A stretch of 64,000 nt of DNA from positions 44,516,001-44,580,000 of the forward strand of contig CM060734.1 of the NCBI GenBank assembly GCA_030704615.1, in the 5' to 3' direction. Position 1 is the first letter of the stretch, and each line of letters begins with the position of its first letter. The DNA comes from Takakia lepidozioides (taxonomy: Eukaryota; Plantae; Bryophyta). The translations under genes and the position numbers were made by a program. Positions 50,486-64,000 of this stretch are shown here, in pieces. The notes under the pieces were generated by a model, which was not told the DNA's origin, did not search any database, and saw only the letters and a list, made by a program, of their open reading frames with translations.

Positions 50486-51097
50486 CCTATGAGCAAATGA
50501 TGGGGGAAGGGGTGAAGCCACATAAGGGCAAAGGGTGCGTGGTGACATCATCAAAGCTGGAATTGTACCAAATGTCATTCTGGACACTGCCCTGGTGGAC
50601 ATGTATGCGAAATGTGGGTGCATTGAGGATGCAAAGGGAGTATTTGACAATGTGGCTGAATGAAATGTGGTGTCGTGGAATCCGATGATCGCAGGATATG
50701 CCCAGCATGGTTGTCATAGGGAGGTCCTGCAACTATTTGAAGGAATGCAAAAGAATGGCTTGAAGCTAGACAATATCACCTTTATATGTGTTCTCTCTGC
50801 ATGCAGCCACACTGGCCTACTGAATGAAAGAAGACGCTACTTTGATTCCCTGAGTCAACATCATGGTGTCACCCTGCCAGTAAAGCACTTTGGCTGCATG
50901 GTGGACCTTCTGGATGTGCGGGACAACTACATGAGGCAAGGTACCTGATTAATAATATGCGAATCAATCCAGATGTTGTGGTGTGGAAGGCCTTGCTTGG
51001 TGCCTGCAGAATCCATAGCAATGTGGAGATGACTGAATGTGTGGCAACATCTATCATCAAGTGGGATGAACAAGATGCCGCGACTTATGTGTTGCTA
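50486..51097 (+). pseudogene. PPR (PLS-E) pseudogene fragment, paralog of 57735-58065
   Basis: ITFICVLSACSH, HFGCMVDLL, PDVVVWKALLGACRIH; broken by stops. Confidence 0.9.
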
Positions 51098-51567
51098 TAA
51101 TTCTGGGTTTGGGTGGAGGAGCTTCTCCAAAGCTTGAAGATGGAAGTGAATACGAATTTTAATGAGCTTGATGAGAGGGGCAGTCCCATGCACAAGTTTG
51201 TTCAACATCTTAAATTTGGACATGTTTGTTTGTTTCTCATGGTGTGGCTTTGGATGGAGCCCTTGACGAACTTGCATGAATATTGTCAAAAGCTAGCCTT
51301 AACCCACCAAGATCCAATCCCACGGTGGATGATTGAAAGTTCATATAGTGAATGTAAGGGTATTTGGGTATGTTGTTATTGATTGATGCGGCTTGTGAAA
51401 ATTGAACATTGAAATGCAGATCCGCCATTTTTCTTCCAGACTAAACAAAAACACAGGATCTCTTCATGTAACATCGTTAGGATGACCCACCCTTTTTTTT
51501 TTTTGAAAAATTGAACATAGTTCTCAGAATTCGTCGCTAGTAGTGCGGAGCAACGCGAAGCCCTAGT
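51098..51567 (+). repeat. ~470-bp terminal module, direct repeat of 58647-59115
   Basis: taattctgggtttgggtgg...tcgtcgctagtagtgcggagcaacg(c/t)gaagcc(c/a)tagt in both copies. Confidence 0.93.
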
Positions 51568-53184
51568 AATTCTAGCGACGACCGAAGGTCGGAAGCTAGT
51601 TTAGCGTAGAGCAAGAATAGGGTGCCATAGTGCCACGTCATCATTACCACGTCATCGTAGCCAGGTCATCGTCGTCGTCAATTTCCTTGGAATTTGCCCG
51701 GACGGCCCACGAGAAATAGACCAATAGAAATCGCCGCACCAACGTTTTTGGAACTGCCCGCAATGCCCGGATCTTGATCTTCTTGAACTGCAGGAGCTCT
51801 GCGTTTTCCGCCATCGTTCACCTTGCAAGCATAGGCATAGATAGCTGAAGGAGCAGGGATCGAGTGTGGGTCCAGATTCATAGATCGATCCGACATTATT
51901 TGACTACAGACACATGCAGCACACACAATAGGTTATTGTCAGGTTGTGTTTCAATCTCTGCCTCCTGTTAGTACCATGATTTGGTATTCTTCCTGATGTT
52001 TACAAGGTTCTTGCGAGAGTCAGCTTGGTCTTGCCAGGCCGTGTTTCAATCTCTGCCTGCTTAGAGATCCACGCTGACCTTGTTAAAACTGGATTAGCGC
52101 TTACTGGAGTTTGCCCTTGCTGACATGTATGCCAAATGTGGGAGCATGAACTATGTATGTCAAGTTTCAACAATATGGCAAAATGAAATATTGTCCCTTG
52201 GAGTTCAGTGATTGCAGGATGTGCTCTGCATGGGTGCAGCAGGGATGTTTTTGAGACCTACGAGCAAATGCAACATGAAAGGGCAGGGTATGCACAGCAG
52301 GGGCGCGAGATGGAGGCTTTGGAGACGTGTGAGCAAATGAAACCCTCATGGAGTGCAATGATTGCAGGATATGCTCAACATGGATCTGGTACAGAGGCTT
52401 TCAAAATGTACGAGCAAATGCAACAGGAAGGGGTTATGCCCAACAACATAACATTCATTTGCATTCTCAATGCATGCGCCATTGTAGGAGACTTGGGAAA
52501 GGCCGAAGAGGTCCAGTTGACATAATGAAAGCTGGAATTTCTTCGTGTATTAAAGTGGAGAACAGCCTTCTTGACGCCAAATGTGGGAGCGGAAAATATG
52601 CCTTTCAGGTTTTCGACAAAATGCCTGAACGAGATGTGGTCTCATGGAATGCCATGATTACAGGATATGCTGAGCATGGCTATGCTGAAGAGGCTTTCAA
52701 GATACAAGCAAATGGAACTGGACGCGATGACACCGAACAGGGTCACGTTCGTTTCTGTTGTCAATGCATGTGCCGGTCTAGGGGCCCTGGAAAAGGGCAC
52801 GCGGGTCCATGCTGATATTAACAAAGCTGGGGTTGTGTCATATATTAACTTGGACAATGCCCTTGTTAACATGTATGCCAAATGTGGGAGTGTTCACGAT
52901 GCACGTCAAGTGTTTGAAAATATGGTTCAGCAAGCATGGAATGCCATAATTGCAGGATATGCTCAGCATGGGTGTAGTACAGAGGCCTTCCAACTATTTG
53001 AACTGATGCAGCAGGAAGGCTTGAAGCCAGATGGTATCACCTTCGTTTCTCTTCTCTCTGCTTGTAGGCATGTAGGCCTGGTGGTTTGCCCAATAACTAG
53101 GCTGGGCGTTTGGCTCAGCCTCGAGACTTTCAAAGTTGGTAAACAGAGGTACAGACGTATGAGCAAATGATGCACGAAGGGGTG

Positions 53185-53487
53185 AAGCCCTTTGAGCTGC
53201 AGCCAAAAGAGGGCCTCACCCTTGTTAATGGGACGGCAGTGGGGTCAGCCTTGGCATCAACGGTCTGTTATGATGGAAATGTGTTAGCCCTACTTGCTGA
53301 GGTTCTCTCAGCCCTCTTTTGCGAGGTGATGCACGGAAAGCCAGAGTTTGCTGATCCATTACACAAGCTGAAGCACCACCCATGTCAGATGGAGGCAGCA
53401 GTCATCATGGAGTGGATTCTTGATGGAAGCACTTACATGAAGGCAGCTGCTGCATTGCACGAGACTGACCCGTTGAAGAAAACGATT
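53185..53487 (+). pseudogene. PAL: Phenylalanine ammonia-lyase internal fragment
   Basis: [25 protein letters not shown]...[39 protein letters not shown]...HETDPLKK. Confidence 0.93.
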
Positions 53488-53665
53488 CAGAAGTAGGCAG
53501 TCATGAGTTAGGGTTACTATGAATCCTAAGCAGTGATTTTGTTTGGACAGGATATGATGATCCCGTTCTTGTTTTCTGAGAGCATCACCTACGGTTTTCA
53601 TTGGCAAGGCAAACCAGTTCACTTTTCTTGAACCCACAATCACATTTTTCACCTGGTCATTGCAG

Positions 53666-55064
<1,399 letters not shown>

Positions 55065-55069
55065 TCACC

Positions 55070-55895
55070 CGACCACATCACATTTGTTTGTGTTTGCAAT
55101 GCGTGTGCAAGCCTGGGAGCTCTGGAAAAGGGGAAAGAGGTTTGTGGTGACATCGTCCAAGCTGGAATTGTATCAGATGTCATTCTGAACACTGCCCTGG
55201 CGGACATGTATGCCAAATGTGGGTGCATTGTCAGACCTGCAATTGTACAAAATGTCATTCAGAACAATACCCTTGTGGACATGTATGAAGGGAGTGTTCG
55301 ACAGTATGGCTGAACGAGATGTTGTGTCATGGAGTGCGATGATTGCAGGATATGCACAACAAGGGTGCGGGATGGAGGCTTTAGAGATCTAGGAGCAAAT
55401 GTTGCGCGAAGGGGTGAAGCCCAACCACATCACATTTGTTTGTGTTTGCAATGCGTGTGCAAGCCTGGGAGCTCTGGAAAAGGGGAAAGAGGTCCGTGGT
55501 GACATCGTCCAAGCTGGAATTGTACCAGATGTCATTATGAACACTGCCCTGGTGGACAGGTATGCCAATTGTGGGTGCATTGTCAGACCTGCAATTGTAC
55601 AAAATGTCATTCAGAACAATACCCTTGTGGACATGTATGAAGGGAGTTTTCGACAGTATGGCTGAACGAGATGTGGTGTCGTGGAGTGCGATGATTGCAG
55701 GATATGCACAGCAAGGGTGCGGGATGGAGGCTTTGGAGACCTAGGAGCAAATGTTGTGCGAAGGGGCGAAGCCCAACCACATCACATTTGTTTGTGTTTG
55801 CAATGCGTGTGCAAGCCTGGGAGCTCTGGAAAAGGGGAAAGAGGTCCGTGGTGACATCGCCAAAGCTGGAATTGTACCTGATGTCATCCTGAACA
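55070..55895 (+). repeat. ~352-bp tandem repeat of a PPR L-S-P unit, about 2.3 copies
   Basis: Near-identical ORFs at 55210 and 55562; same stop and same aberrant junction in both copies. Confidence 0.9.
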
Positions 55896-56767
55896 TGCCA
55901 AATGTGGGTGCATTAAGGATGCGAAGGGAGTTAATTTCAACACCATGGCTGAACGAGATGTGGTGTCGTGGAACGCGATGCTTGCAGGGGTATGCACAGC
56001 AGGGGCGTGGGATGGAGGCTTTGGAGACCTATTAGCAAATGATGGGGGAAGGGGTGAAGCCACATCACGTTTGTGTGCGTTTGCAGTTCGTGTGCAAGCC
56101 TGACAGCCCTGGAAAAGGGCAAAGAGGTGCATGGTTGCATTGCCAAAGCTGGAATTGTACCAGATGTGATTATGAACAATACCCTCGTGGACATGTATGC
56201 CAAATGTGGGTGCATTAAAGATGCGGATGAAGTGTTCAACAGTATGGATGAACGAGATTTGGTGTCATGGAATGCCATGCTTGCAGGATATGCATAGCAG
56301 GGGCGCGGGATGGAGGCCTTGGAGACCTATGAGCAAATGATGGGTAAGGGGTGAAGTGTGACCACATCATGTTTGTGTGCGTTTGCAATGCTTGTGCAAG
56401 CCTGGCAGCCCTGGAAAAGGGCAAAGGGTGCATGGTGACATCATCAAAGCTGGAATTGTACCAATGTTGCAATGTGTGTGCAAACCTGGGAGCCCTGGAA
56501 AATGGGAAAGAGGTCCGTGGTGACATCGTCAATGCTGGAATTGCACTAGATTCATCCTGAACACTGCCCTGATGGACATATGCCAAATGTGGGTGGATCG
56601 AGGATGCGAAGGGAGTTTTCAACACTGTGGTTGAAAGAAATGTGGTGTCGTGGAACGCTATGCTTGCAGGGTATGCACAGCAGGGGCACGGGATGGAGGC
56701 TTTGGAGACCTATGAACAAATGATGGGGGAAGTAGTGAAGCCCTCATGGAGTGCAATGATTGCAGGA

Positions 56768-57300
56768 TATTAAAGTGGAGAACAGCCTTCTTGACGCCAA
56801 ATGTGGGAGCGGAAAAGATGCACGTCAGGTTTTCAACAAAATGCCTGAACGAGATGTGGTCTCATGGAATGCCATGATTACAGGATATGCTGAGCATGGC
56901 TATGCTGAAGAGGCTTTCAAGATACAAGCAAATGGAACTGGACGCGATGACACCGAACAGGGTCATGTTCGTTTCTGTTGTCAATGCATGTGCCAGTCTA
57001 GGGACCCTGGAAAAGGGCACGCGGGTCCATGCTGATATTAAGCTGGGGTTGTGTCATATCTTAACTTGGACAATGCCCTTGTTAACATGTATGCCAAATG
57101 TGGGAGTGTTCACGATGCACGTCAAGTGTTTGAAAATATGGTTCAGCAAGCATGGAATGCCATAATTGCAGGATATGCTCAGCATGGGTGTAGTACAGAG
57201 GCCTTCCAACTATTCGAACAGATGCAGCAGGAAGGCTTGAAGCCAGATGGTATCACCTTCGTTTCTCTTCTCTCTGCTTGTAGGCATGTAGGCCTGGTGG
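56768..57300 (+). repeat. Direct duplicate of 52548-53083
   Basis: tattaaagtggagaacagccttcttgacgcc...cttgtaggcatgtaggcctggtgg in both. Confidence 0.92.
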
Positions 57301-59143
57301 ATGAAGGCCACCACTTGTTTGGTTCCATGAGTAGAGATCACGGCCTCACTCCTACAGTGGAGCATTTTTGCTGCATTGTGGACCTTCTTGGCCGTGTAGG
57401 CCGATGAGATGAGGTAGAAGAGTTCATCAACAAAATGCCAATTGAACCAGATGCTCTGGTTTGGGGGACCTTGCTTGCTGCTACCAGAATTCATGGGGAT
57501 GTGGAGGTAGCAGAACATGCAGCAAAATCTCTTCTCAAGTGCGATCCCAACCACCATGCAGGTTATGTGCTGCTATCCAACATCTATTCCACATCTGGCA
57601 GGTGACAATATGACACAACATGATGTGATTTCATGGAGGACCATGATTGCAGCATATGCTCCGCATGAGTATGGCAGGGAGGCTGTTGAGATGTATGAAC
57701 AAATGCAAAATAAAGGGTCTAACGCCCAACACAAACAGTATCACCTTTATATGTGTTCTCACTGCCTACAGCCACACTGACCTACTGAATGAAAGAAGAT
57801 GCTACTTCGACTCCCTAAGTGAAGATCATGGTATCAATCTGACAGTAAAGCACTTTGGCTGCATGGTGGACCTTCTTGGACGTGCGGGACAACTGGATGA
57901 GGCAGTGGACCTGATTAATAAAATGCCAATCAATCCAGATGTTGTGGTGTGGAAGGCCTTGCTTGGTGCCTGCAGAATCCATGGCAATGTGGAGATGGCT
58001 GAACGTGTGGCAACATCTATCCTCAAGTGGGATGAACAGGATGCCACGACTTATGTGGTGCTATATCAAACATCCATGCTGCAGGTGGGATGATACTGCA
58101 AAGGTGAGAAGAATGATGACGGTCAGAGGGGTTAGAAAGGAGCCAGATGACAAGTTGCATCCCAGAATTAAGGAAATCCATGCTGAGCTGAGAAGATTGT
58201 CTGGGCAGATGAAGGAGGTGGGGTATGTGCCTGACACACGCTTTTTATTGCATGATGTGGAGGAAAGGAATTTTCTCTTAGCCACCACAGTGAGAAGCTG
58301 GCCATTGGTTTTGGGCTGATCAGCACGACTCATCAAGAATCTTCGAGTGTGTGGAGACTGCCACACCTCCAGCAAATTCATCTCAAAGATTGTTGGCCGA
58401 GCAATTGTTGTATGGGACGCTAACTACTTTCCACCACTTTGAAGATGGGATTTGTTCTTGTGGTGATTACTGGTGGAAGGATGTTTTCTTGGAAAGATGC
58501 TAGTGTCTTGCTTCATTCCTTGATCTGTGTAGCTACTCAGACCATCCACCATTTCCTGATAGTGGGGTCTACCCGGCATAGGTAGGAAGTCAGCCCACAA
58601 TTGCACTTGACTGAAGGGGTGGTTTTTTACTGATTCTGGTGCTGTCCTAATTCTGGGTTTGGGTGGTGGAGCTTCTCCAAAGCTTGAAGATGGAAGTGAA
58701 TACGAATTTTAATGAGCTTGATGAGAGGGGCAGCCCTGTGCACAAGTTTGTTCAGCATCTTTAAATTTGGACATGTTTGTTTGTTTCTCGTGGTGTGGCT
58801 TTGGATGGAGCCCTTGACGAACTTGCATGAATATTGTCAAAAGCTAGCCTTAACCCACCAAGATCCAATCCCATGGTGGATGCTTGAAAGTTCATGCAGT
58901 GAATATAAGGGTATTTGGGTATGTCTTTATTGATTGATGCGGCTTGTGAAAATTGAATGTTGAAATGCAGATCTGCCATTTTTCTTCCAGGAAAAAACAA
59001 AACATGGGATCTCTGCATGTAACACAGTGGGGATGACCCACCCCTTTTTTGTGAAAAATTGAACATAGTTCTCATAATTCGTCGCTAGTAGTGCGGAGCA
59101 ACGTGAAGCCATAGTTAATTATTTCAAGGGTTTGTAGAAAGCT

Positions 59144-59215
59144 GCGGCTAGTGTGGTGGTAAAGAGCAACTTGTGATGAACGTGAGGTCTGCTGTTCAAA
59201 TCCTGGGAGGTGATA
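59144..59215 (+). mobile_element. tRNA-like SINE head
   Basis: TAGTGTGGTGG A-box and GTTCAAATCC B-box; poor cloverleaf. Confidence 0.4.
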
Positions 59216-59307
59216 GTGTGGCGGTAATGTGTGTTAATTATAAATATATATTTTGTTTGAGGAGGGTCTGAGGGTTGGAGTTAGGTGCCCACCGTTGGTT
59301 AGTATGC

Positions 59308-59460
59308 TCGCCAGTCAGTCTGCTCGTGAATTGCCGGTCTGCTGGTGAGTCCGCTCGCTAGTCCTCCAGCTGAGTCAGTCTGCCAATCGCCAGTGTGCTG
59401 GTGAGTCCGCTTGCCACTCGCCAGTCTGCTGGTCAGTCCGCTCGCTAGTTGGAGTCAGTT
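59308..59460 (+). repeat. Degenerate minisatellite (gcc.gtctgctggt.agtccgct unit)
   Basis: Three to four imperfect copies. Confidence 0.7.
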
Positions 59461-59890
59461 TGTTGAGGGTCTCGACAGTCCGCAAAGAAGGTCCGCTGCC
59501 GTTAAAGAACTAGGACTTGGAAAAAATTCAGAATCTAGACTCGGTGAAAGGTGGGGTGGGTTCATGAGCTCACCCCATGGGCCCTACTGGCAGGGCCAAT
59601 ATAGGTGCATTCAAGTCGCAATTATTAAGAAATTCGAGGCCTTATTATATGTAAAAAATCGTTGGGGTATTCTCTTATTCTCCCGCCAAAACAGCCTGCT
59701 AACTCTATTTTCTTATTTTTATAATTTTCTTGTAAGTAACTGGGGCAAGGCCCGCTTTGAACTTGGGTTTGGATTTACAGGAACTTGGGTCGTCTCCCTC
59801 TTTCAAAGTAGCGTAGCCTGCAGGCTCCCATATCCATGGCTGCTCTTGGATTCCTTTCACGAGTGTAGTGGTGGTGCAGGTGCAGCAGCC

Positions 59891-61033
59891 ATGGATACTG
59901 CACATGGAGAGACGGTGGGGCTGGACCAGCAGGTGTGGGGGAGGCTTCCTTCCGACATACTGGACATGGTCTTGGCTCGCTTGCCGTGTGCAAACCTTTT
60001 CCGCTTGAGGGTAGTGTGCAAGCGCTGGAACTCACTGCCGTCTACACCCCACTTTTTGAAACTTTGCCAGCAAGTCCCTCTTGCCAAAGAGCCATTCTAC
60101 CTGATCAACATTTCTTGGGAACCCAAGAAGCTCGAGCTTTATGATCCCGCAAGCGACATTTGTAGGATAATGGACCTGTATTTTGTGAGTGACTTGATAC
60201 GGCATGCTAAGGAGGAGTGGAACGTTCGGCAGGTCCATCCATGGCTGTGTGCTGCAGATGGAGGTCTGCTAGTCATCGAGATTTGTGCACGTGACAAGAA
60301 CAGACTGTACAGAATGTACATAGTGTGTAATCCTCTATCAAGCAGCTTCAAAATGTTGCCTGACCTCCCTCCTACAGCCACTTCTCCAATTCCAGAGGCA
60401 AAAAAATTGGTGGTGGACAAATCCACTAAGAGCTACAAGTTCATTTTAGCGGGTGGAGATGGTCATATCACATGGTTGTATGATTCTATCTTGAGTTGCT
60501 GGATTGAGATCCCAACATGGCAGCAGATTGAGTTCACGCGATCGGTGATCCCTCCCTCAGAGCTAACACATGTGATGTGTGGCTATGATCATAATGTCCT
60601 ATTGTACGGCCGCGAGACAATGCTGGCATTGCTCGTCCCCTCTGGAGTGTGGGGTGGAGGCGTTCGTTTGCAGAAGCCCAATTATATTGCCGGCTATGGC
60701 TTCAATCTTGTAGTGCATAAGGGGCACCTGTTTTTGGTTGGGGTTATTTGGAATGACAATACTGGTGAGGCTCTGAGTTTTTGTGTGTGGAAACAGACGG
60801 TCTCGGGACTCGGGTGGCAAGAGGTTGCACGAATACCAGCGCCCAAGGACCTCAATGTTACTGGTTGGAAGGCTTTCGGACATTGTGATCGCATATTCAT
60901 AAGGCAATTAGACTCGACGGCCCAAGGGATTTACTGGTGTGCTTTAGAGACTGATGTCTGGGAATGTATCGAGTGGCAGATAGAAGACGATGATTGGTAT
61001 GTTGGCAATCTCAGTTTAGGCACAAAAGTCTAG
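59891..61033 (+). CDS. F-box protein (plant F-box/kelch-like), 380 aa, intronless
   Basis: LDQQVWGRLPSDILDMVLARLP..NLFRLRVVCKRWNSL; AADGGLL; VCNPLS..FK.LP. The ATG at 59891 is preferred over the upstream TTG. Confidence 0.9.
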   Translation: MDTAHGETVGLDQQVWGRLPSDILDMVLARLPCANLFRLRVVCKRWNSLPSTPHFLKLCQQVPLAKEPFYLINISWEPKKLELYDPASDICRIMDLYFVSDLIRHAKEEWNVRQVHPWLCAADGGLLVIEICARDKNRLYRMYIVCNPLSSSFKMLPDLPPTATSPIPEAKKLVVDKSTKSYKFILAGGDGHITWLYDSILSCWIEIPTWQQIEFTRSVIPPSELTHVMCGYDHNVLLYGRETMLALLVPSGVWGGGVRLQKPNYIAGYGFNLVVHKGHLFLVGVIWNDNTGEALSFCVWKQTVSGLGWQEVARIPAPKDLNVTGWKAFGHCDRIFIRQLDSTAQGIYWCALETDVWECIEWQIEDDDWYVGNLSLGTKV

Positions 61034-64000
61034 GATTCAGTGAGTGCATGTGGGCCAGTTACTCATGGCAGTCAGTATCGCAGGCCGCTGGCCCTTGACT
61101 GGTTTTTGGAAGCATCGTCCGTTGCTTGCAGCAGGAGAGTGTCAGGAATTGCAATTACAGGGTTAGTGTCAAGGGGACCATCTGACTTTTGGAAGCTGTG
61201 TTTTGAAGCTGTTTGAACTCACTGTTACAGCTACGTTTAAGGTGCTATCACTTTGAGGGCCAGATAGCTGACATGGCCCAAGCTGTCTCCTGTGAAGGGC
61301 TCTCTCTTCTTGTCTGAGCAAAATCCTCAACAGTGCAATTGCTGGCTCACGATGTTCTGGTAAACAAAGGTCCTCCTTCTGAAATTTCTTGTGCTCCACA
61401 GTGTGTGATGTGATTGTAAGAGATTGCCATGCAGTCTGTATGAGTGTCTTTAGGTCGTCATTCTGTAAGGTAAGCGGCAGACTAGAGAAGAGTGCCAAGA
61501 TCTGCGAAGTGATATGTTGATGCCCCCATTTGTGAACCCCGACCTGCTTTATGAGCTCGAGAAATTACAAGGACGTCCAACAAGACCTGGAAGTGTCACA
61601 TTTCATTGCTACCACTATGACTGTTGAGGCTCATGCAGACATGCATATCTGGCATGTTTAGAGGTCATGGCCTCTCCACCTTAAGAATGTGAGGCACCCT
61701 AGAAAATTCTGTGGGATGTGTCCAGTTTTCTAGGGAATTCAACTTAACAACTTGCCTCAATGCCTGAGCATATGACCCACAGCTCAGGTTTTGACACCAT
61801 GGGTTGGTTCAATGTCCCAAATGTGAATTACAACGCAAACTAAAAATCACAATGCTACCTCGGTATCCTCCGATAATCCACAATCCAAGTATGGGAGCAA
61901 ACATCTGTTGCTTGAATCCAAATGCACTTTGTAACCATTTATGTCACTGGTCTTCGGCTAAACTAAACTCCTACCCTTATCATCTTCCACAGATATTGAC
62001 AGGAATCAGAACATGGCGCAGCATTTGGTCCAGAAAGTACACACACAATGACAAATGCAGCACCTGAGTGACAAAGTAAGCTGTGTTTACAAAGGCTACT
62101 CCTAGCAAAGTGCAAGGAACTTGGACCAGCGGGCATAGAAATTCTATCTTCAGTGCAGCCTGCGAAGAGTTGCAACTGTAGTTTTCAACTCTTTCAGGAT
62201 GAAGTTCCACATCACAACATCTGGATGCACCTAGTTGAGCCTAATTACAGGTATACTGCTGAATTGACCCCTCCACAGGATACTAGTGGAACAAGTTCTC
62301 ACTACATCTGAGCCCACAAGTGCAGAGATATCTGGGGCATTGCAACTAATGACAAGATGTCTGAGTGTGTAGACAAGCACCCATTAATGTCCTCTGAAGA
62401 AGCTTGGACAATCCAAAACTTCAATGTTGTAATAGGAGCAATTGTTCCCAGCCTCCCAACCAGCTAGGATGGAGCACCCTCTCTTATCTATCTCAATGGC
62501 CTGGATCCAATAGCCACCATTGCCATTGGCAACAAACAAAGACAGGCTTCGCTTTGTCAAGCGCAAAGAATGAGATTTGCTCTATAAAAGTGCCATATCA
62601 AGTGAGCTGCTGCCAAAGAAACAGCCAGGGCAGATTGTGACAGGACAAAAACATACATGACCCACAAGAAGTGAAACTGAACAGAATGGGAAGGCAAGAA
62701 AGCAACAAGAAAGAAGCCGAGGACGACCAACGTTGCCCCTTTTGACCTCCAGAGAAACGCCGCGGTCTCTCTCTCAGAGTCCCAACCAGCAGGCCACTAG
62801 AGGGTCTGAGAGTCAAAGGAGGGACGTCCATCAACCTGGCAGCCATAGTGCCCAGCTAGTCTTTGGAAGTGCTTGCCTTGTCAAATGAAGCTGGTCTCTT
62901 GTCTCTTCCCCTGGTAACGCTGCATCCCCACAACCCACTCTCCTGAGTCCATAACAAATTTGCTTGATAAGGCAGGCAATTACAGCTCTTTGAGATGCAT
63001 AACTTTCCCCACAGAATTGGTAGACTGAATGTGATTTTATCTACAGGATGAGATCCAAAATTACAGCCAACACCTGTAGTGTAGTGTGAATATGTGGCCT
63101 TTTTATTTTTCTGCAGCTGTTTGATGGGGTTAAGTACTTAAGATTTTACAACATTTAAGTAGTTGGATGAATGACCGTGATGGATGAATTATGGCTCATT
63201 GGATGAAGACATCCATCTGCCAAACATCCATGTGCCCTAGATCGGCGGGATTTATGAGTTACGGCGTTTTTCATGTTTGCACACAAGCACGGGTATGACG
63301 AGCTGCTGACACTTTGTATTCTGGAGCAGACATCAGCCTACATGCCTTAGTTTTTGGTTGCGATTTACTTTCCTATTCTTTAGTCAATATTTGCTATGGC
63401 GGCTGAGTTAGTTTTCCAGACAGGGCTAGTTGATGTGGTCGACTATAGGAGCTGTAGGTGTAGTAATTGCACAGGCAAGTGGGGTTTGGGTTTTAAGGCA
63501 GTTTTTGTGAGATGGTGCCGGCTTGCTTTTTGGAGATGGTAGTGAGGTAGAGAAGGGGAGGTGGTGACGGTGACATGAAGGAGAGACTTGGGCTTTAAGC
63601 TCTAGACTCGATATTCTGTGTAGAGGAATGATTATACTCATGAAGAAGTAAAAATCGACTGTTTGGGTCACTGTTTGGTTTTTGTGTTTGGAATCACACT
63701 TGCATGATGCATTAGTTCCTGCATTTTTGCCATTAGGGAAGTCTGATTGCAGCTATGGTCAGTTTGAGCATGTAAAGGGTGTGGTTGCAATAGCTGGGAA
63801 ATCAGGGCATGTATGTAGTGCATAACTCAAACCACCTAGTGGGGAAACTTCATATTGCATAGATGGAATATTAGGGTGCATCTGTAAAAGGCAACATTGT
63901 TATTTGTTTCCAAAGATCAGTTGAACCCGCAGCTCGTGCGTAACGGACGAGTGTATTTGGATCTGACCCTTGGACTCGAGAAGTAAAAGATAAGAGAGAG

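Noticed and set aside
55070-55895. Regular repeats as a CRISPR-like array
   Set aside because: Units are PPR coding duplications with no unique spacers; eukaryotic context.
59411-59890. 160-aa N-terminal extension of the F-box ORF
   Set aside because: Non-ATG start in a minisatellite; the paralogous region has indels, so it is probably UTR or promoter.
62160-64000. Short ORFs at the window end
   Set aside because: No recognisable motifs or splice-supported structure.

Overview
Repeat-rich nuclear DNA of an early-diverging land plant, most likely a moss or other bryophyte. This is inferred from PLS-class PPR-DYW editing-factor sequences, a Tcn1-type chromovirus, a Helentron-type remnant and GT-AG introns. 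Four genes look intact: a two-exon Bet v1/PR10-MLP gene (8715-9617 +), a 148-aa protein of unknown function (23609-24055 -), an intronless VDAC (33460-34290 +) and an intronless F-box gene (59891-61033 +), which has an inverted pseudogene copy. The rest is transposons and chimeric pseudogenes: a hAT element with an 8-bp TSD, a triple nest (hAT MITE > TTAA-flanked piggyBac-like element > Ty3/Gypsy with a 5-bp TSD), a probably self-priming chromovirus split by an inversion, LINE fragments sharing a covarying 3' stem-loop, and tRNA-like SINEs. The most striking structure is a set of PPR-DYW mosaics spliced at microhomologies with fragments of unrelated genes (OSB PDF motif, PAL, intron-containing NTRC, ELMO, LINE). 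At least two mosaics are bounded by the same hairpin-bearing, AATT-flanked termini that resemble non-autonomous Helentrons, one pair forming a head-to-tail junction. This suggests rolling-circle elements capturing and shuffling RNA-editing-factor genes. Coordinates were read by eye and may be off by a few bases.
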